Source: Amphiscolops sp. MND2022 (Eukaryota). Taken from it: 64,000 nucleotides of DNA. The stretch is from NCBI GenBank assembly GCA_964187785.1, contig OZ076409.1, positions 48,238,001 to 48,302,000 on the forward strand, given 5' to 3'. Position numbers and translations under genes: made by a program. Positions 48,780 to 61,533 of this stretch are shown here, piece after piece. The notes beneath the pieces are model-generated. The model saw only the letters and a program-made list of their open reading frames with translations. It did no database searches and had not been told where the DNA came from. Position 1 is the first letter of the stretch, and each line of letters opens with the position of its first letter.

Positions 48780-51300
48780 AAGAGAAATGTTGCGAAACAA
48801 ATGATGCGTAAAATGAATGTTTTTGTTGAGGGTTTATCTTTCAGATTGGAAAACGGAATGTTTTTCAATAATCGAAAAGATTTTCGTATTGGCGACTTCT
48901 TTTTACATATAGACCTGACAAGTTCATCAAATGTAATAGTGTTTGGGCTGTGCTCAATTTCGGTAAGTCAATTGGTATTAAATCATGGTCTTTCAACCAA
49001 TCATAGGCCTTTCTCAAACTGTTGTCCACTGATTTCGCTTGGGTAACTGTTCGACGAAATTTGAAATTTGTTCACTGTGACCAAGGAATGTGAGTTTACT
49101 GTCTAAATGAATTCAGAAAAAATTAGACGAATCCTTTATTGGAAACTACTTTCTCTGTAAAGTCGATTGGGTAATATTACGAGAGCCAAAGCTCATAACT
49201 TCACATTTGGAGGCCTTATTATACGAAAACCAATTGTTAATTTCGTCTAAATTGAGTTTTAGCGATGATTCCGTTTTTTCCTCTGATTTAAGGATTGAGG
49301 TGTCGTCAGCAAAAATAGCAATGTTTTTTTGCGTAGAACATGCTAAATTGTTAATGTAAACTAGGAAAATGAACGGTCCAAAAATAGAACCTTCAGAAAC
49401 GCCTGTTGAAATTGGTTGATATTCTGTTTTTTTTTACTCCAGAAATTGTCATATATTACTCATGTATTCTTAAATCAATTAGTAGATTAATCCTAAGCCC
49501 TAACGAATAAAGTTTGTTCATCAGAACAGTATGATCCAACGAATCGAATGCTTTCTTCAAGTCCAAGAAACAAGCTCGACCAAAATTTCAATTGTCTATT
49601 TCTTCTCGCATATAGTCTGTGACACTAACTATTGCCTACACACATGAACGTTTAGCTCGAAATCCAAATTGATTGGAGAGTATAGTGTATTGGTATTGAA
49701 AAACCTCACCATTCTAGATCAGTGAAGTTTTTCACATAGCTTGGTATTTTGTCTCTGGAATTAACTGGTCGGTAGTTTTCTCGACAATCTAACTCGCCTT
49801 TCTTTAATTCTCACTCGCCTCGTACAACTCCTGCTACTTTAGGAAATTTTGGTAACGTTTGCGTGTCTATACACTGATTAAATGCTTCCATTACGTTCTT
49901 CTCGATTACGGGAAGCAGCATTTCAACATTTCGTTGCTGATGCTATCAGACCAAACTTTGTTTTGTTCTTTGAACTTTGAATGAGTTTTAAAAAATTGTG
50001 TTTCATCAGTTTATGGTGAAACCAGATGTTGTGGCGTTGTTCATAACTTTCACAATTTCGTCGTGTAGCGGGACTTTTGTTGACAAGAAACAGCCAATAT
50101 TCATTCACTTTCTCGATTTCAGGAATTTCAGGTTGATTTTAATTTTTTGGAAGATGGTTTTTCAAATTTCGGTAAATAGTTTTGCTTGATGCACTGAGCC
50201 CCGATTTCTTAAGATTGCAGTCTTTCTTTGCAGTTCGTATCAACGATGTAACTACATTCTCTTGCAGTTTGTACGTTTTTCTATTAGTCTCACTAGGCGA
50301 CGTTAACCAGTTTTGAAACAGTTGACCTCGTTCACTTTTTACAATATCTTCTTTTGTATTGGTAATCCAATCTGTTGGATTTTCTTTTGTTTTGAATTCT
50401 GTTTCTGGTGCTCAAGGCATTCGAAAGTAGGTCTTGAAGTTTGTTCTGTATAATCTAAGTTGTTTACATATAGTTTCATTAACCTTTGTTCGAGAAGAAA
50501 AGAAAACGAAATTCCAGAGTATTGTCGCCTTTAGAGTTTTCAGGTTTCTCGTTAAAAATTTGCTGTGACTTGCTTTTGTTACTTCAAGTTTTACATCACG
50601 AGTAGCGCCTAGTACTGTATAAAGATCGCTCATTGTTGTTTTCTCAGTTTGATGGGTGGTCTGGTAACTAGTAAAGTATTGGCCGAGACATGGTGATGAT
50701 GTTGGTGTCACCAGTGTTGTTTCATTGTTTTGGCTCCTGAAGTTTTAGGCCAAAAATAAGTGTTCGAATTTAATTTAATCTGCTGAGTCTTTGATAGTAT
50801 CGAATTTAAAGTCCATGAAGATATTATTGTCATGTTTGAGACTTCTCGAAATCTGAACTGGCAGTTCGAATTCCGGAAAAAAAATGCAGTGAGCTTGTTT
50901 GCTTGGGGTCTGTACACGACAAAAAAAATTTCTGAAAATTGATTCAATAATTGAACACTCAATGTCGGTGTCGTACTTAATTGCCAAATATTTCAAAGGT
51001 TCATACACGTAAAAGGCTACACCTCCTCTTTTTCGTAGTTTTTCCCCGGTTTGGATTGAATTGGGTGGTAACTAGCGATGAAAGATTCTTTTTGGTTTTC
51101 TAGCATTCCGCCAGTAGTTTTTAGGTTTTCAGTGTCCAATTTCGTTAGCCAGGTTTCCGTCAGTGCAAAGATTTTTGGTTAATGAGAAAATGATTCGAGC
51201 TCAACCAATAGCTCATCATGATGACATCGGAGTGATTGTATATTTAACGCCAACAAAAAGTCCTTATTTTGACAAAAACTTTTTTGGTTTTGCAACATTG
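48780..51300 (-). mobile_element. Degenerate CR1/L2-group LINE ORF2 (APE + RT)
   Basis: Minus-strand motifs in order: LTETWL (~51155), GGVAFYV (~51015), QFGFRAKRS (~49660), LDLKKAFDSLDH (~49550), GVSEGSIFGPFIFLVYIN (~49380), IFADD (~49310). Confidence 0.85.
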
Positions 51301-53509
51301 AACTTAAAGAGTTTTAATGTTTGTTATTGTGTTGTTTTGCAGTCAATATTTGTTGAAGTTTTTTATTGCTTTTGAATGATCTCATGAAACCACGGTATTG
51401 TTCAAATTTGCCTTTTTGCCACACTTCTTGAACACGATTAGCCAATTTTTGCCTCCTAAGACAGCTGGTTTAGTGTAAAATTGGTGACTTCTTTATAAAA
51501 ATCCAAAAATTGTAGCAAACCAAACTCCAACCGAAGAAATTCGAATAACAGCAATTTTTTTCACATGAACACGAAATTTGAAGAGGAAATAGAGGCACAG
51601 TTGCACTCTGTCATTTTTCGAATAGTAAAACAAAAAATATCATCACAATTCTTCCTTGGTAATACAGTTCATTTGTTATGTTTGAATGCTTGACCCTCTG
51701 CTTACAAATTTCAAGTCACAACGTCATTCTGTAAAAACCTTTGACATTTGTCATGATCGAGCCCATGACTTTTTGCCTATAACTTTTATACAATTTTACA
51801 GGAGAAACGAATAGACAATTTATTTTGTTAACTCCTGTGATCCTGATTCAAAAATCACTCACAGTGCGAGAAATAATTCAGAGGGAGCCTTTTTGGGGTT
51901 TACAAAGTTTTTTTTCTGAAAAAAATTGATATAAAATCATTCGAAAACTTTTTGGAAGAGTCACAAAGGGCTGAACGAATTGGAAAAAGAGACGTTTTGG
52001 ACGCATAAAGGTTTTTCTATATAGGGTAGCTATCCAGAAAACCAAAGCAGGGCCCTTTTTTGAAACTGGAGAAAAAACATCGGTTTCTATAGGATCCGTG
52101 TTGCCTTCACGCTTCAGCTTAAGACAAAAAGTGAGAATACGCACCCAATTCCAGCCAGTACCATAACAGTGCTTTCGTAGGTTAGTTTTGTTATTTTAGT
52201 TGATTGTCAGCACTTGGGTCGTTGGAATGAGCTACTGTTTTCACAACTTCAATAAAAGCGACAGAAAAGGTAATCCGTTTCACTTGGATTTGAGAGTCGA
52301 AACCATGAACTGTGTGGAAAGTCACATCAAAGAGCAATTTGGGTCCCGGAAGTTCAACCCAATTGCAGGGCTCTGGTGAATAAATCTTGTAACAAAATCA
52401 GCAGTCACTATTCTTAGATCTGCATTGCCACGCTTTGTGTTCAGACTTGTGCACCGAACTTGGAAAATCCACAGAGCTAACGAAGATTCCCGTTGAAAAG
52501 ATGATAAAGGGAAGTGGAGATAACCTTGCGAATCGCGGATGTTCACAAAAAGTCGGCCAGGCGACCTCTGACAAGTTTTCCAGTTACATAATTGGGAAAA
52601 TCCAAGCCGGTTTGGTAAAAATTTTCCCGCGAAGTTTCCACAGAAAAGGAAGCCCCCAGTACTAAATCACAGAATCAAAAAGTAAGATAATCCAATTCTG
52701 GGGTTTGGAGAGAGTTTTATCTTAAATTGGAAACTTAACGAGAAAAAAGATAGTTTTAGTGGGTAAGCCAAGTCACTTGAAGTTACTGTCGATGTCTTTC
52801 TCCAGTTTGTGCTCTATCGGCTCACTACCATCCGCGAAGAAGCAAGCTACTATCGGCTCACTAAGATAGGAGAAGCCAGGTTGAAACTTTGAAAGTTAGA
52901 ATGATGATGATAGTTATTATATCAAATCGGACACGGTCACTACATACAATCTGCAGTTCACAATCAAGGATATGACCATAATGTATCCGCGATTCAGCTG
53001 GTTATTCAACACAAGACCCAGACTCGATAGTAAATTTATTCTCAGCCATCAACAACGCAATCTTCTAGAAACGTATCTAGAACGTATCTCCACGAGACTC
53101 AATTTGGTTCTAACCCGTTAACTCGGTTGTGTCTGTTCAGATAGATTCCAAGTCTGCCTCAATGATAATAATTTGTTGCACGCCTTTTGGATGGTTACAT
53201 CTTGACTCTCATTTTACTTGGCATTTTCATTATTGGCCGTCAGCATCTTGAGTTCGCGTGTGCTTACATAGCCTTTTATGGCAGAGTGAACGAATCTAAC
53301 AACATAGTTATACTTCGACTCAGGTTTCTTTGATGACAAACAGTTTAGGAACGTGTCAAATTTCCATGATAATTCAAGTCTCCCAAGATGTTTCTAATGT
53401 CCAAGCGGTCGCTCATAGACCTTCCATACTTTACATTTTTCTTAGACTTGAGAGGTACTCTTTCGTATTCTGAGTGCGGTTCAAGGTGAATGCAGGTCTC
53501 ACTGAAATA

Positions 53510-53925
53510 CGTAAACTAATACGCGAATGGCGCTGATGTACATGTTTTAGTGTACGTTTTTCTATATATTCAAGGGTCGCGCCCTGAGATGACCTTGTGA
53601 GGTTCGTCCGGTACCTTGAAAACTCAACGTGTCGTATAACGTTCAAAAATGCCGGCCCATGTATCATAAATTGGTATGTAAGTATCTTGGATGAGTTTCC
53701 TGATCATTGCGTCAATTGATGAAGATTTAAATAACAATGGTGGTTTGTTTACATCAGGCCAGTGCTCACCCTACGCGTGTGTTGGTGTTCCGGAAACACC
53801 AATTTTCATTATCCAGCGTCACAGTGAACCATGTAAACATGCGCCGTTTCGCACTTTCACAGGATTCAAATTGTGTAGTAGTATTTACAATGTATTAACT
53901 CTGAGTGGACCAGGAAATTTCCGGA
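53510..53925 (-). pseudogene. Possible PIF1/Helitron helicase C-terminal relic
   Basis: Ordered motif-like peptides across frameshifts: ILLHNLNPVKVRNG (cf. LLRNLNP..NG), SQGATLEYI (motif V), MYISAIRV (cf. motif VI YVALSRV). Confidence 0.4.
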
Positions 53926-54479
53926 TTCATCCAAAAATCTGGTGCTCAAACTTTAAACCGCAATATCTTCTAAACTATTCGTGTCCGACAATTGACTTTT
54001 AGCGCTTTCGAAAAAGGACAATCAGGGCTTTTGAAATAGTTTTTGAACAGCACTGGCTCCTGTCTTTGCTCCAAACATTTGTACGCCTCCTGTCTCTGAC
54101 TGCATTTCAGAATGTTTCAAAACGTGCCAGGGTCACTTTGACCGAATATTATTCCCGAGGGGATAAAGTGATCATAAAAGAAAACAGAGAAAACGGAAAT
54201 TTTATGCCAATTTTTTTGATTTTTTAGTCCCGCTTCTTGAATTTGGAGGCATCATGTCAATATTACGTGGAAAGGCATGCATTGTTATGTAATGTCGTCT
54301 GGAAATCTCATTCAAGAGTTATCTTTACCATACGGTCAGCTGGTTTGTTTAGAAGTTTGCAGAAACTAACTGATACGTATTCGTACCAATGGTCCATTTA
54401 GAGTTAACTTATCAAATTGTCTGTTTCAAAAAGCAAGCTACTTTCAAATGTAATTTGAATGTAGATGTTTGCTGCTGAA

Positions 54480-55983
54480 CTGACTTTTTTGTGCCCGACT
54501 GTTACAGTGGCTGATTTTAGTCGACGCTTTTCTAGTGAAAAGAGACCGACTTTTACAGTGGCTAGTTTTTTTTCGTCAGACTTTTCACTCATCGCGTATG
54601 TACCACTTGTTGTGAAAGATTCATTTTTTCCAAAAGTACTTAGTACTTGATTCTCAACGCATCCAAAGGCCTCTACCTTGATATGCAAAACCCAGAAGGG
54701 TCCCCGCTTCCAATTTTTCGGCACTATGAGACTTTCCCCGCCCCATTATTTGGCTTTGTGTGACTTTTTTCGGAATTTTTAAAGTCCTCAAATGGTCCCC
54801 CCTTCTTTTTTTTGGTGTTTTGCACCTGAATGAATGTTGAAAAAGCCTAAAGGGCCCCATTTTACATTTTTCCGCACTATGAAACTGTTAAAAATTCTCA
54901 TTTTTTTGGAAAATTAAAAAAAAAATTTCGAAATTTTTCAATGTCTCCGAATTCTCGCTCCTTCATTTTTTTTGATATTTTGCAACAAACGTGATTTTCA
55001 AAAGCCCAAAGAGTCCCCCCTTCTACAATTTTAAACACCTTGCGCTTTTTGAGCCTTGAATATGGCGCTGACTTTAGATGTTCCCGTCTTGTTTTCTTTT
55101 TTTCGTCAAACCACAGAGCTCACCCGGTATGTGCCACTTTTTAGTACAGACTTTAATCGTTTTTGCGGGACGCATACGGTGACTTTTTCCGTGCTTCAGT
55201 TGGAAAATTTTTTGTGCATTTTCAAAACCACCAGACTGAAGGGTCCCTTTTCAATTTTTTTCGACACTGTGAGACTATGTTCGAAAATTTTTAATGTCTC
55301 CAAAAGGACCCCCGTCTTTTTTGATATTTTGCAATAGAATGGATGTTGAAAAAGCCAAAAGGGTCCCCCTTTTACATTTTTCGGCACTATTGGAGTGTTC
55401 AAAAGTCTAATTTCTCGTTTTTTTTCCAAAAATTTTTATTGTCTATAAGGGGCCCTTCAATGTTTTTGACATTTTGCAACAAACTGGATTTTCAAAATGC
55501 TCAAAAAGCTCCCCCTTCCACAGTTTTTGGCATTGTGAGATTTTTCACGAATATTTATCGTCTTAAAGTTTGGTTTTCTCCGTGGACCAGCACGCTGTAT
55601 CCGAATTTTGTTTCTTAAGACCGTCGTTTTTTCGGCACTGTGCGACTTTTTTTTCACATTGTTTTTATCGAAGCCCCCTCAACTTTTACTAGAAACGAAA
55701 CGTTTTTCAAGCACAAAGGACTCCTTAGACTTTTCGGCACTATGTGACTTACCGGAGACCTTCATTAAAACATTTATCAGAATTTTCAGTTCTTTGAGAT
55801 GTTTTTTTTCTGCAGTTGGAGAAAAAGTGGGATTCGAGTCTTATCGAGCATGGAAGGCACCCTTTGGGTCTTTCGAAAGTGTTTTCTAAGTTTTTTATAA
55901 AAACGTCCTGAGCATATTTTAAAAACTTTGAGAGCTTTTTGAGCCTTAGATATTGCGCCAACTACAGACATTCTAGTCTTGTT
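54480..55983 (+). mobile_element. Two adjacent Helentron/HINE-like copies, orientation opposite to 21570-22820
   Basis: ttttagtcgacgc...ccgact hairpin at ~54515-54552. Ends gagcctt...ggcgc...tcttgtt at ~55050-55093 and ~55940-55983. Internal aagggtccccc/ttttcggcact repeats. Confidence 0.7.
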
Positions 55984-57421
55984 TGTAGACTCCGAGAATC
56001 TCTTCCCATGCTTGTGTTTTGACGGGAATCAATGATAAATCTGGATGTGATGTTGTTGAAGAGATCGGTAGTAACCGTTGCCTTGTGATTCATGCTTTTA
56101 CCTCAGAAAAGGTTAATGTGGCTATAGCACCATACAATCGATTTCGATCAATGTTTGGCCAAACAAAAAAAACTTTGTCAACCAAACACTCACAAGAACA
56201 ACCATCGAATGCAATTTATAATCTTTATACCAAATTCTAGTGAAATTATTCACATGAAAACATCACAGATCAAATCGACCAGGCAGAAAAATTCTTTCAG
56301 AAATGAAGCAGGAATGTAAAATTCATGAGTAACAAAAATTTGAGGAAAAAGATCAAAGTTTCTGAAGTATCATGGCGTCGAACATCCTCTAGGTATAAAA
56401 CAAAAAGAAAGTCCTATATTCTAGTTTTTTGTGTTGTAGTTTTTAAACCTCATATTCTAATTTGTTCGATTTTGTTATTCACAGATGTCTGATTCTTTTT
56501 TTCCACTTATTAGATAGAAAATTGACTTTTCTTCCTACTTCATCAACTCTTTTCTAACAACTTTTTCTAAGCGTTTAAGGTGCTGGAATTTTGTGTAACG
56601 TTTCGCTCAATCCACTATAGTGCATAGTATTACGTTTTCCGTATTTTACTTCAGAAATTCTCATAAGATTGTCACGGACTCGATTTACCGCGTTTTTGTC
56701 CACTCGCTTTCAATCCAGAGAAATCCGGTGGCGGTGGTTTTATGTGAGGGATAGATACTACACTAAGCTTGGACTGACCAATAAAGCAGCTTTACCAGCT
56801 GAGCAGGTGATGAGGGACACGCATTGTAATCATGCTTCGTTCACTTCCTCTCTGTTCGTACCATGGTATTTTCCTTCTACAAATACAGGGAGCAAGAGAG
56901 CAACGAAAAAGGAGGCAAATAAATTAGTGGTATGCTTTTCCAAAGATACCATGAAAATACCAGAAAGGCGCCACTTTTCAATACAAATCCCCTCTAATCG
57001 TTCCCAGCTCAATTTACATCATTTTATCCACTTTTTTTGTTTGTTATTTGTCAACGTGTTTCGTTTTTTTTTCGATTCGAAAACGTCAACCAATATTCCT
57101 GACAAATCTATTCGTTCATTTTGGAAAATAGATTATAAATAGAACTGAAACCACATTTTGACAAGCTTCAAATGGACTACATGCTGTAAACAGATTACGC
57201 AACGCAAGGTGCGTTTGCTTTGTCATAAACCGCTTAATTTCTACGGTTACCAACGGGCGGTGGCGGAGGCCATTTTGTATTTCAGCAGCCAAAACAAATT
57301 CACTGGAAGGCAGTCGTTACGCTTTGTCAAAAAAGGTCGTTCTGTAATGTGAGCAAAACGCCACAATAACAAAAATAAAAATTTTATTCCAAAAACCTGT
57401 TCACTTCTATACAAAATAAAA

Positions 57422-59701
57422 ATGGACACGGAAACAGAAGGAGGAGGACAAACCCAAACTGTGGATCAGCAAAGTGACCAAACTGCCAAACTGCCTTCGA
57501 TCGATCCACAAAGGGGGTCCAATTATCCTGATAACCCAAACGGTAGCTTTGCTAAGACTTCCAACCATAACTCTGCCAATAACAGTGACTCAGGTATCGA
57601 AGCCGAAGCTCCAGATGTTATAGACCCAAGATCCAAAAGAAACGAAACTAAACACGACACTACTGGTCCAAAAGCAACGCAAAAGCATGAAAACGATTTT
57701 CAAAGTGTGTTGCCAGTCATTGCGAACCCAAGGTCTAGACTACGCAATAGGAACGATCAACAGGTTGCTGGCACCAATCAGGATCCCAACTCCAGAGATC
57801 TCGGTAATAGTGGACTAACTACACATTCAAACCCCTTACATGCCAACAATGGTTATATATACCAGGAGAAACTTAATTTCCGCAAAATGGCAAAGTCGCG
57901 AGTACGGAGTTTAGATAACTTAGCATACTGTACGCCGCAGCCATCCAATTATAAAATCTTTAACGAGAAGGTTGATTTTCGTGCCCTCGCCAGATCCAAG
58001 TTAGATACGTACAGCTCTCTAGATTACAAGCACAAACGACCTCAAGTTGTCATTTTTCATGAGAAAGTCGACTTTACCTCAAACGCGAAAGCAAGAATAG
58101 GAAGTCTGGAGAATTTAAGCTTCCAACCTCGATCAAACCCCAATTTGAGAATTTTCAATGAACCATTACACGTGGAGGCCAAACCCAAAATCAAGTCTTT
58201 CGAGAATATCAACTTCTCGCCAAGAAAGATTGAATCGAGCGTTGTTCAACACAGCAGAGACTGGTTCACACCGGCCAAAAGTACGAGTATACGTATCGAA
58301 AATTCTTACTTTCCGTCAATCAACAACACGAACCCAATTCAGCTTGAGACAGCTTACAAGCGACGATTCACGCCAAGGTACTCCGAGAACGAGCAGCCTG
58401 GAATCGACGACTCAAGCGTCAGTAACTCGATTCTATCAATCTCAAAAACCCCAAGACACCATAACAAACAATCCTTGTCTTACCAATCCGAACCTGTTCT
58501 GAACAATCAAAAGAAAGTTCACTTCATCAACAACGATGAACTTTCAATTGCACATCGTAAAAAATTTTCTCAACCGGCCGCAGAGGATAATCATTTCCAA
58601 GCTATTGATGAAGAAAGTGGACAGATGTCAGCTCAAGTTACCCCAAGAAATATAGAAACGCGCCAAAGCAAGTCGAGATTGCGAGGAAGAAGACAGTCTA
58701 AAGTCTTTCCAGATGGGCCTTTAAGCTCCAGATCAGAATCCAGGCAATTCGGTAACGTCTCTAGGCTTGGTACACGCGATGCCTTACCAGAAATTGGGGA
58801 GCAAATGGGACAAAATAACGGGAATGACACCCCTGACGAGAACCACGGAGTTTTGCAAGCATTTGTTGTTGAACAAATTTATGATGCTATTGTTGAGAAA
58901 AGTGCAGCCCCAGTACAACTTTCTCCGCGCAAAGATCGCGACAATGATAATGCCGTCAAGGGAAGAGTGGAACCTATCGTAGAGCCCGAAATAAAACAAC
59001 CACAAGAAAAAAGCTTTGAAATATCAAACTCCAATCAAATCTCCGGAAACAACTCAGCCTCCCATGTTAATGAACAGAACCCAAAAACTGTTCTGAATAA
59101 CAACAACCCACGAGAAAGCACTTTAGAGGCTTCGAAGAGTGAATCTCTTCATGAACAGTGCCCTGAAAATCTTGTCGACGATTCTGAAGAAGAACGCAAT
59201 TCATTGGAAAAAACATCTAATGTTGAGAAAAATGATTCTACAATGAAGCAAGAAGCGACTGTAATTGCTTCTGGCGAAGAAGAATTTAAAACGCAGGATG
59301 CAAAATCTGAGGAATCAGATCATCTTACAGGAGAGAATGGGGAATCTCACCTTGAAAATCCAACCTTATCCGTTGATTCAGCGAAAGAACTGCAGGAAAA
59401 ACGCTCAAGATCTCACGAAGAAAAGGATCCAGGCCCCAACTTGGGCAAATGCAATGATGATGTTCAAAGTGAGCAAACTGGAGGCAAAGAAGAGAAAAAG
59501 GGCCTTGAAAACAATTCTGATACATTGAATGAGTCCTTCGAGGTTGGTGACAATGCAAGTAGTCACTCAGGTTCGGGACAAAATGATGACGCCATTGAAA
59601 CAAATCAGTCACAGCGGGAAATATCTGAAGAAACCCCCAGGGAAGTAACTCCTTCAACGAGAGAAGACGACGGGTACCAAAACAAGCCTTTTTCTGAATA
59701 G
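57422..59701 (+). CDS. 759-aa largely disordered protein with four Tau/MAP2/MAP4-like microtubule-binding repeats and an acidic C-terminal half
   Basis: The only long intact ORF, with ATG in an aaaaATGG context. Repeats of ~32 aa at aa ~145-270: EKLNFRKMAKSRVRSLDNL, KIFNEKVDFRALARSKL, VIFHEKVDFTSNAKARIGSLENL, RIFNEPLHVEAKPKIKSFENI (cf. tau R4 EKLDFKDRVQSKIGSLDNI). Confidence 0.85.
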   Translation: MDTETEGGGQTQTVDQQSDQTAKLPSIDPQRGSNYPDNPNGSFAKTSNHNSANNSDSGIEAEAPDVIDPRSKRNETKHDTTGPKATQKHENDFQSVLPVIANPRSRLRNRNDQQVAGTNQDPNSRDLGNSGLTTHSNPLHANNGYIYQEKLNFRKMAKSRVRSLDNLAYCTPQPSNYKIFNEKVDFRALARSKLDTYSSLDYKHKRPQVVIFHEKVDFTSNAKARIGSLENLSFQPRSNPNLRIFNEPLHVEAKPKIKSFENINFSPRKIESSVVQHSRDWFTPAKSTSIRIENSYFPSINNTNPIQLETAYKRRFTPRYSENEQPGIDDSSVSNSILSISKTPRHHNKQSLSYQSEPVLNNQKKVHFINNDELSIAHRKKFSQPAAEDNHFQAIDEESGQMSAQVTPRNIETRQSKSRLRGRRQSKVFPDGPLSSRSESRQFGNVSRLGTRDALPEIGEQMGQNNGNDTPDENHGVLQAFVVEQIYDAIVEKSAAPVQLSPRKDRDNDNAVKGRVEPIVEPEIKQPQEKSFEISNSNQISGNNSASHVNEQNPKTVLNNNNPRESTLEASKSESLHEQCPENLVDDSEEERNSLEKTSNVEKNDSTMKQEATVIASGEEEFKTQDAKSEESDHLTGENGESHLENPTLSVDSAKELQEKRSRSHEEKDPGPNLGKCNDDVQSEQTGGKEEKKGLENNSDTLNESFEVGDNASSHSGSGQNDDAIETNQSQREISEETPREVTPSTREDDGYQNKPFSE

Positions 59702-61018
59702 GCAACGTTGGAGTCACTGGGAATTGGAAAACTATAAGTTTGCCAAAAAGAAAAAACTGGCTTTACCAAACCAGTGAAAACATTAGTTTAATTGACTTGC
59801 GAACAAAGTTGATGTTCTACAAAGTTTGGACATCTCCTGATAGCCAAAAAAAATTATTTTGCTAAATTGTTTCGTGTACCATTCATTTTTTAAGAAAATG
59901 AGAACAAATCAAACAACAGCTAGGTAGGTCATGTCTTGACGCTTCATGATGGGGTTGAAAACAATTCTTACTGCTTCAACAACCACGAATAAGACGGTAA
60001 TGTGTAATGTCAGCGCCTCTTTAGCCTTGAAATAGTCCTTTTGGAAATTAAAACAATGGAAACCCCGAAAGGGGACCCTTTCGGTTAAAACGATTTTCTG
60101 AAAAAAGGTGCACAGTGCCGAAAAAAACTCAAAGGGGATCTCTTTACATGTCAAGGTTTGCCAACAAATATATTTAGTACTCGGCAGGCATTAATCCGAC
60201 GGCCGTCTGCTTGGGAAGCTCAAAGTCCTAATTAATGGCGGCGTGAAACAAACACTGTTGTTGAAAAATGGACCATTCATATACATTTTGTGGTTTTTTC
60301 GAAAAAAAAAGAGAAAAAAAAGTAACTTTAATAGTCGTGCACATTTCTTACAAAACTAAATAGAACTGTTTCTTGGAGTCTACATAGAAATTGGATTCAG
60401 TATCATTTCACCCAACATTCATATCACCCCTCATTTCAACTTTTCAAAAGCGCCTCAAGCTAATGGCATCTGTCATCTAATTTCATCGTACTACGTGAAC
60501 CGCAGAAAATGGCACTCTCATTATTTTTTTGCTCAAATCAAAAACAAAATGAGTGAACAAAAATTCCAAAATGGTCTCGAAACGAAGTGTTATTCTGAAC
60601 TGAACTTTCAATTAAAAAAGTGCGAAACGCGTTTTCAAATTGCCTGTGATCAAAAAAGTGGGTTTTGGTTAGTCGTTCTTTGATTTCACTTCAACGTACC
60701 TGCCAAATATGTCTTAAGTTGTTTTCGAAACCAATGTTGTTCCGAGTGATTGAAACGTAACGAAATTATGACATACTCACAGTCAAATTTTCGAAAGTTT
60801 TTCATGTACCGTTTTTAACAGGTAATCATTAAATGAGCCACAAAAATGCAAGCAGAAAAATTTCGAGCTCTCGAAAAACCGATTATTATTTTCCGACCCA
60901 CATTTTCAATGGGGAGAAAAATCATCATCTGTGTTGCGTTTTTTTCCAAATTCTGCCAAATCTCCACGCTCCATCACTTGACTCACCACTGTAGGTGGTG
61001 AGTCAAGTAACTATAGTG

Positions 61019-61180
61019 GGAATAAATTCCCACAAGATTATTGAGTGGGAAATTAGGAAAATGGGATTAAGATCCAAAGGGAATAAGATCTAAAATTTCA
61101 GGACGGGAATAAGATCTAAAGGGAATAAGATCTAAAATCACTAAATTTTAGATCTTATTATTTAGATCCTATTTCCCTCC
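61019..61180. repeat. GGGAATAAGATCTAAA direct and inverted repeats (MITE-arm-like)
   Basis: Four to five direct copies followed by inverted tttagatcttatt / tttagatcctatttccc; the motif is related to 11704-11830. Confidence 0.7.
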
Positions 61181-61533
61181 CAAAATAACTATGGCTGAAG
61201 TGATGAAGGCGAAAAGGGAGGAAAATATCCCGGTGCTTAGCGGGCATCTTGTTTGTCAACAAACGTTTCAAACCAAATTCGAAAACTCCATTTGCTTTTT
61301 GTCGCAGCGATAGACGTTTGACACACCAAAAATGAGAACGAAATGACTTGTAAAAATAAATGTCTATTAAGTGAACCAAACAAACGGAACACACATAAAA
61401 TTACCTTTTACGTCGTAAAATTTGTGAGCAAACTATCGATAATCTCTGTCAATTTTTCAAAATGAAACCCTCTTTATACAATCACATCCTAACAAGCTGA
61501 ATTTGATTGTTCGTAGTTATTTTGAAATAATTA

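Noticed and set aside
57587..57604. beta-TrCP degron in the Tau-like protein (DSGIEA)
   Set aside because: Lacks the second Ser of DSGxxS.
58158..59717. Overlapping alternative-frame and antisense ORFs in the Tau-like gene
   Set aside because: Expected shadows of a long coding sequence; no motifs.
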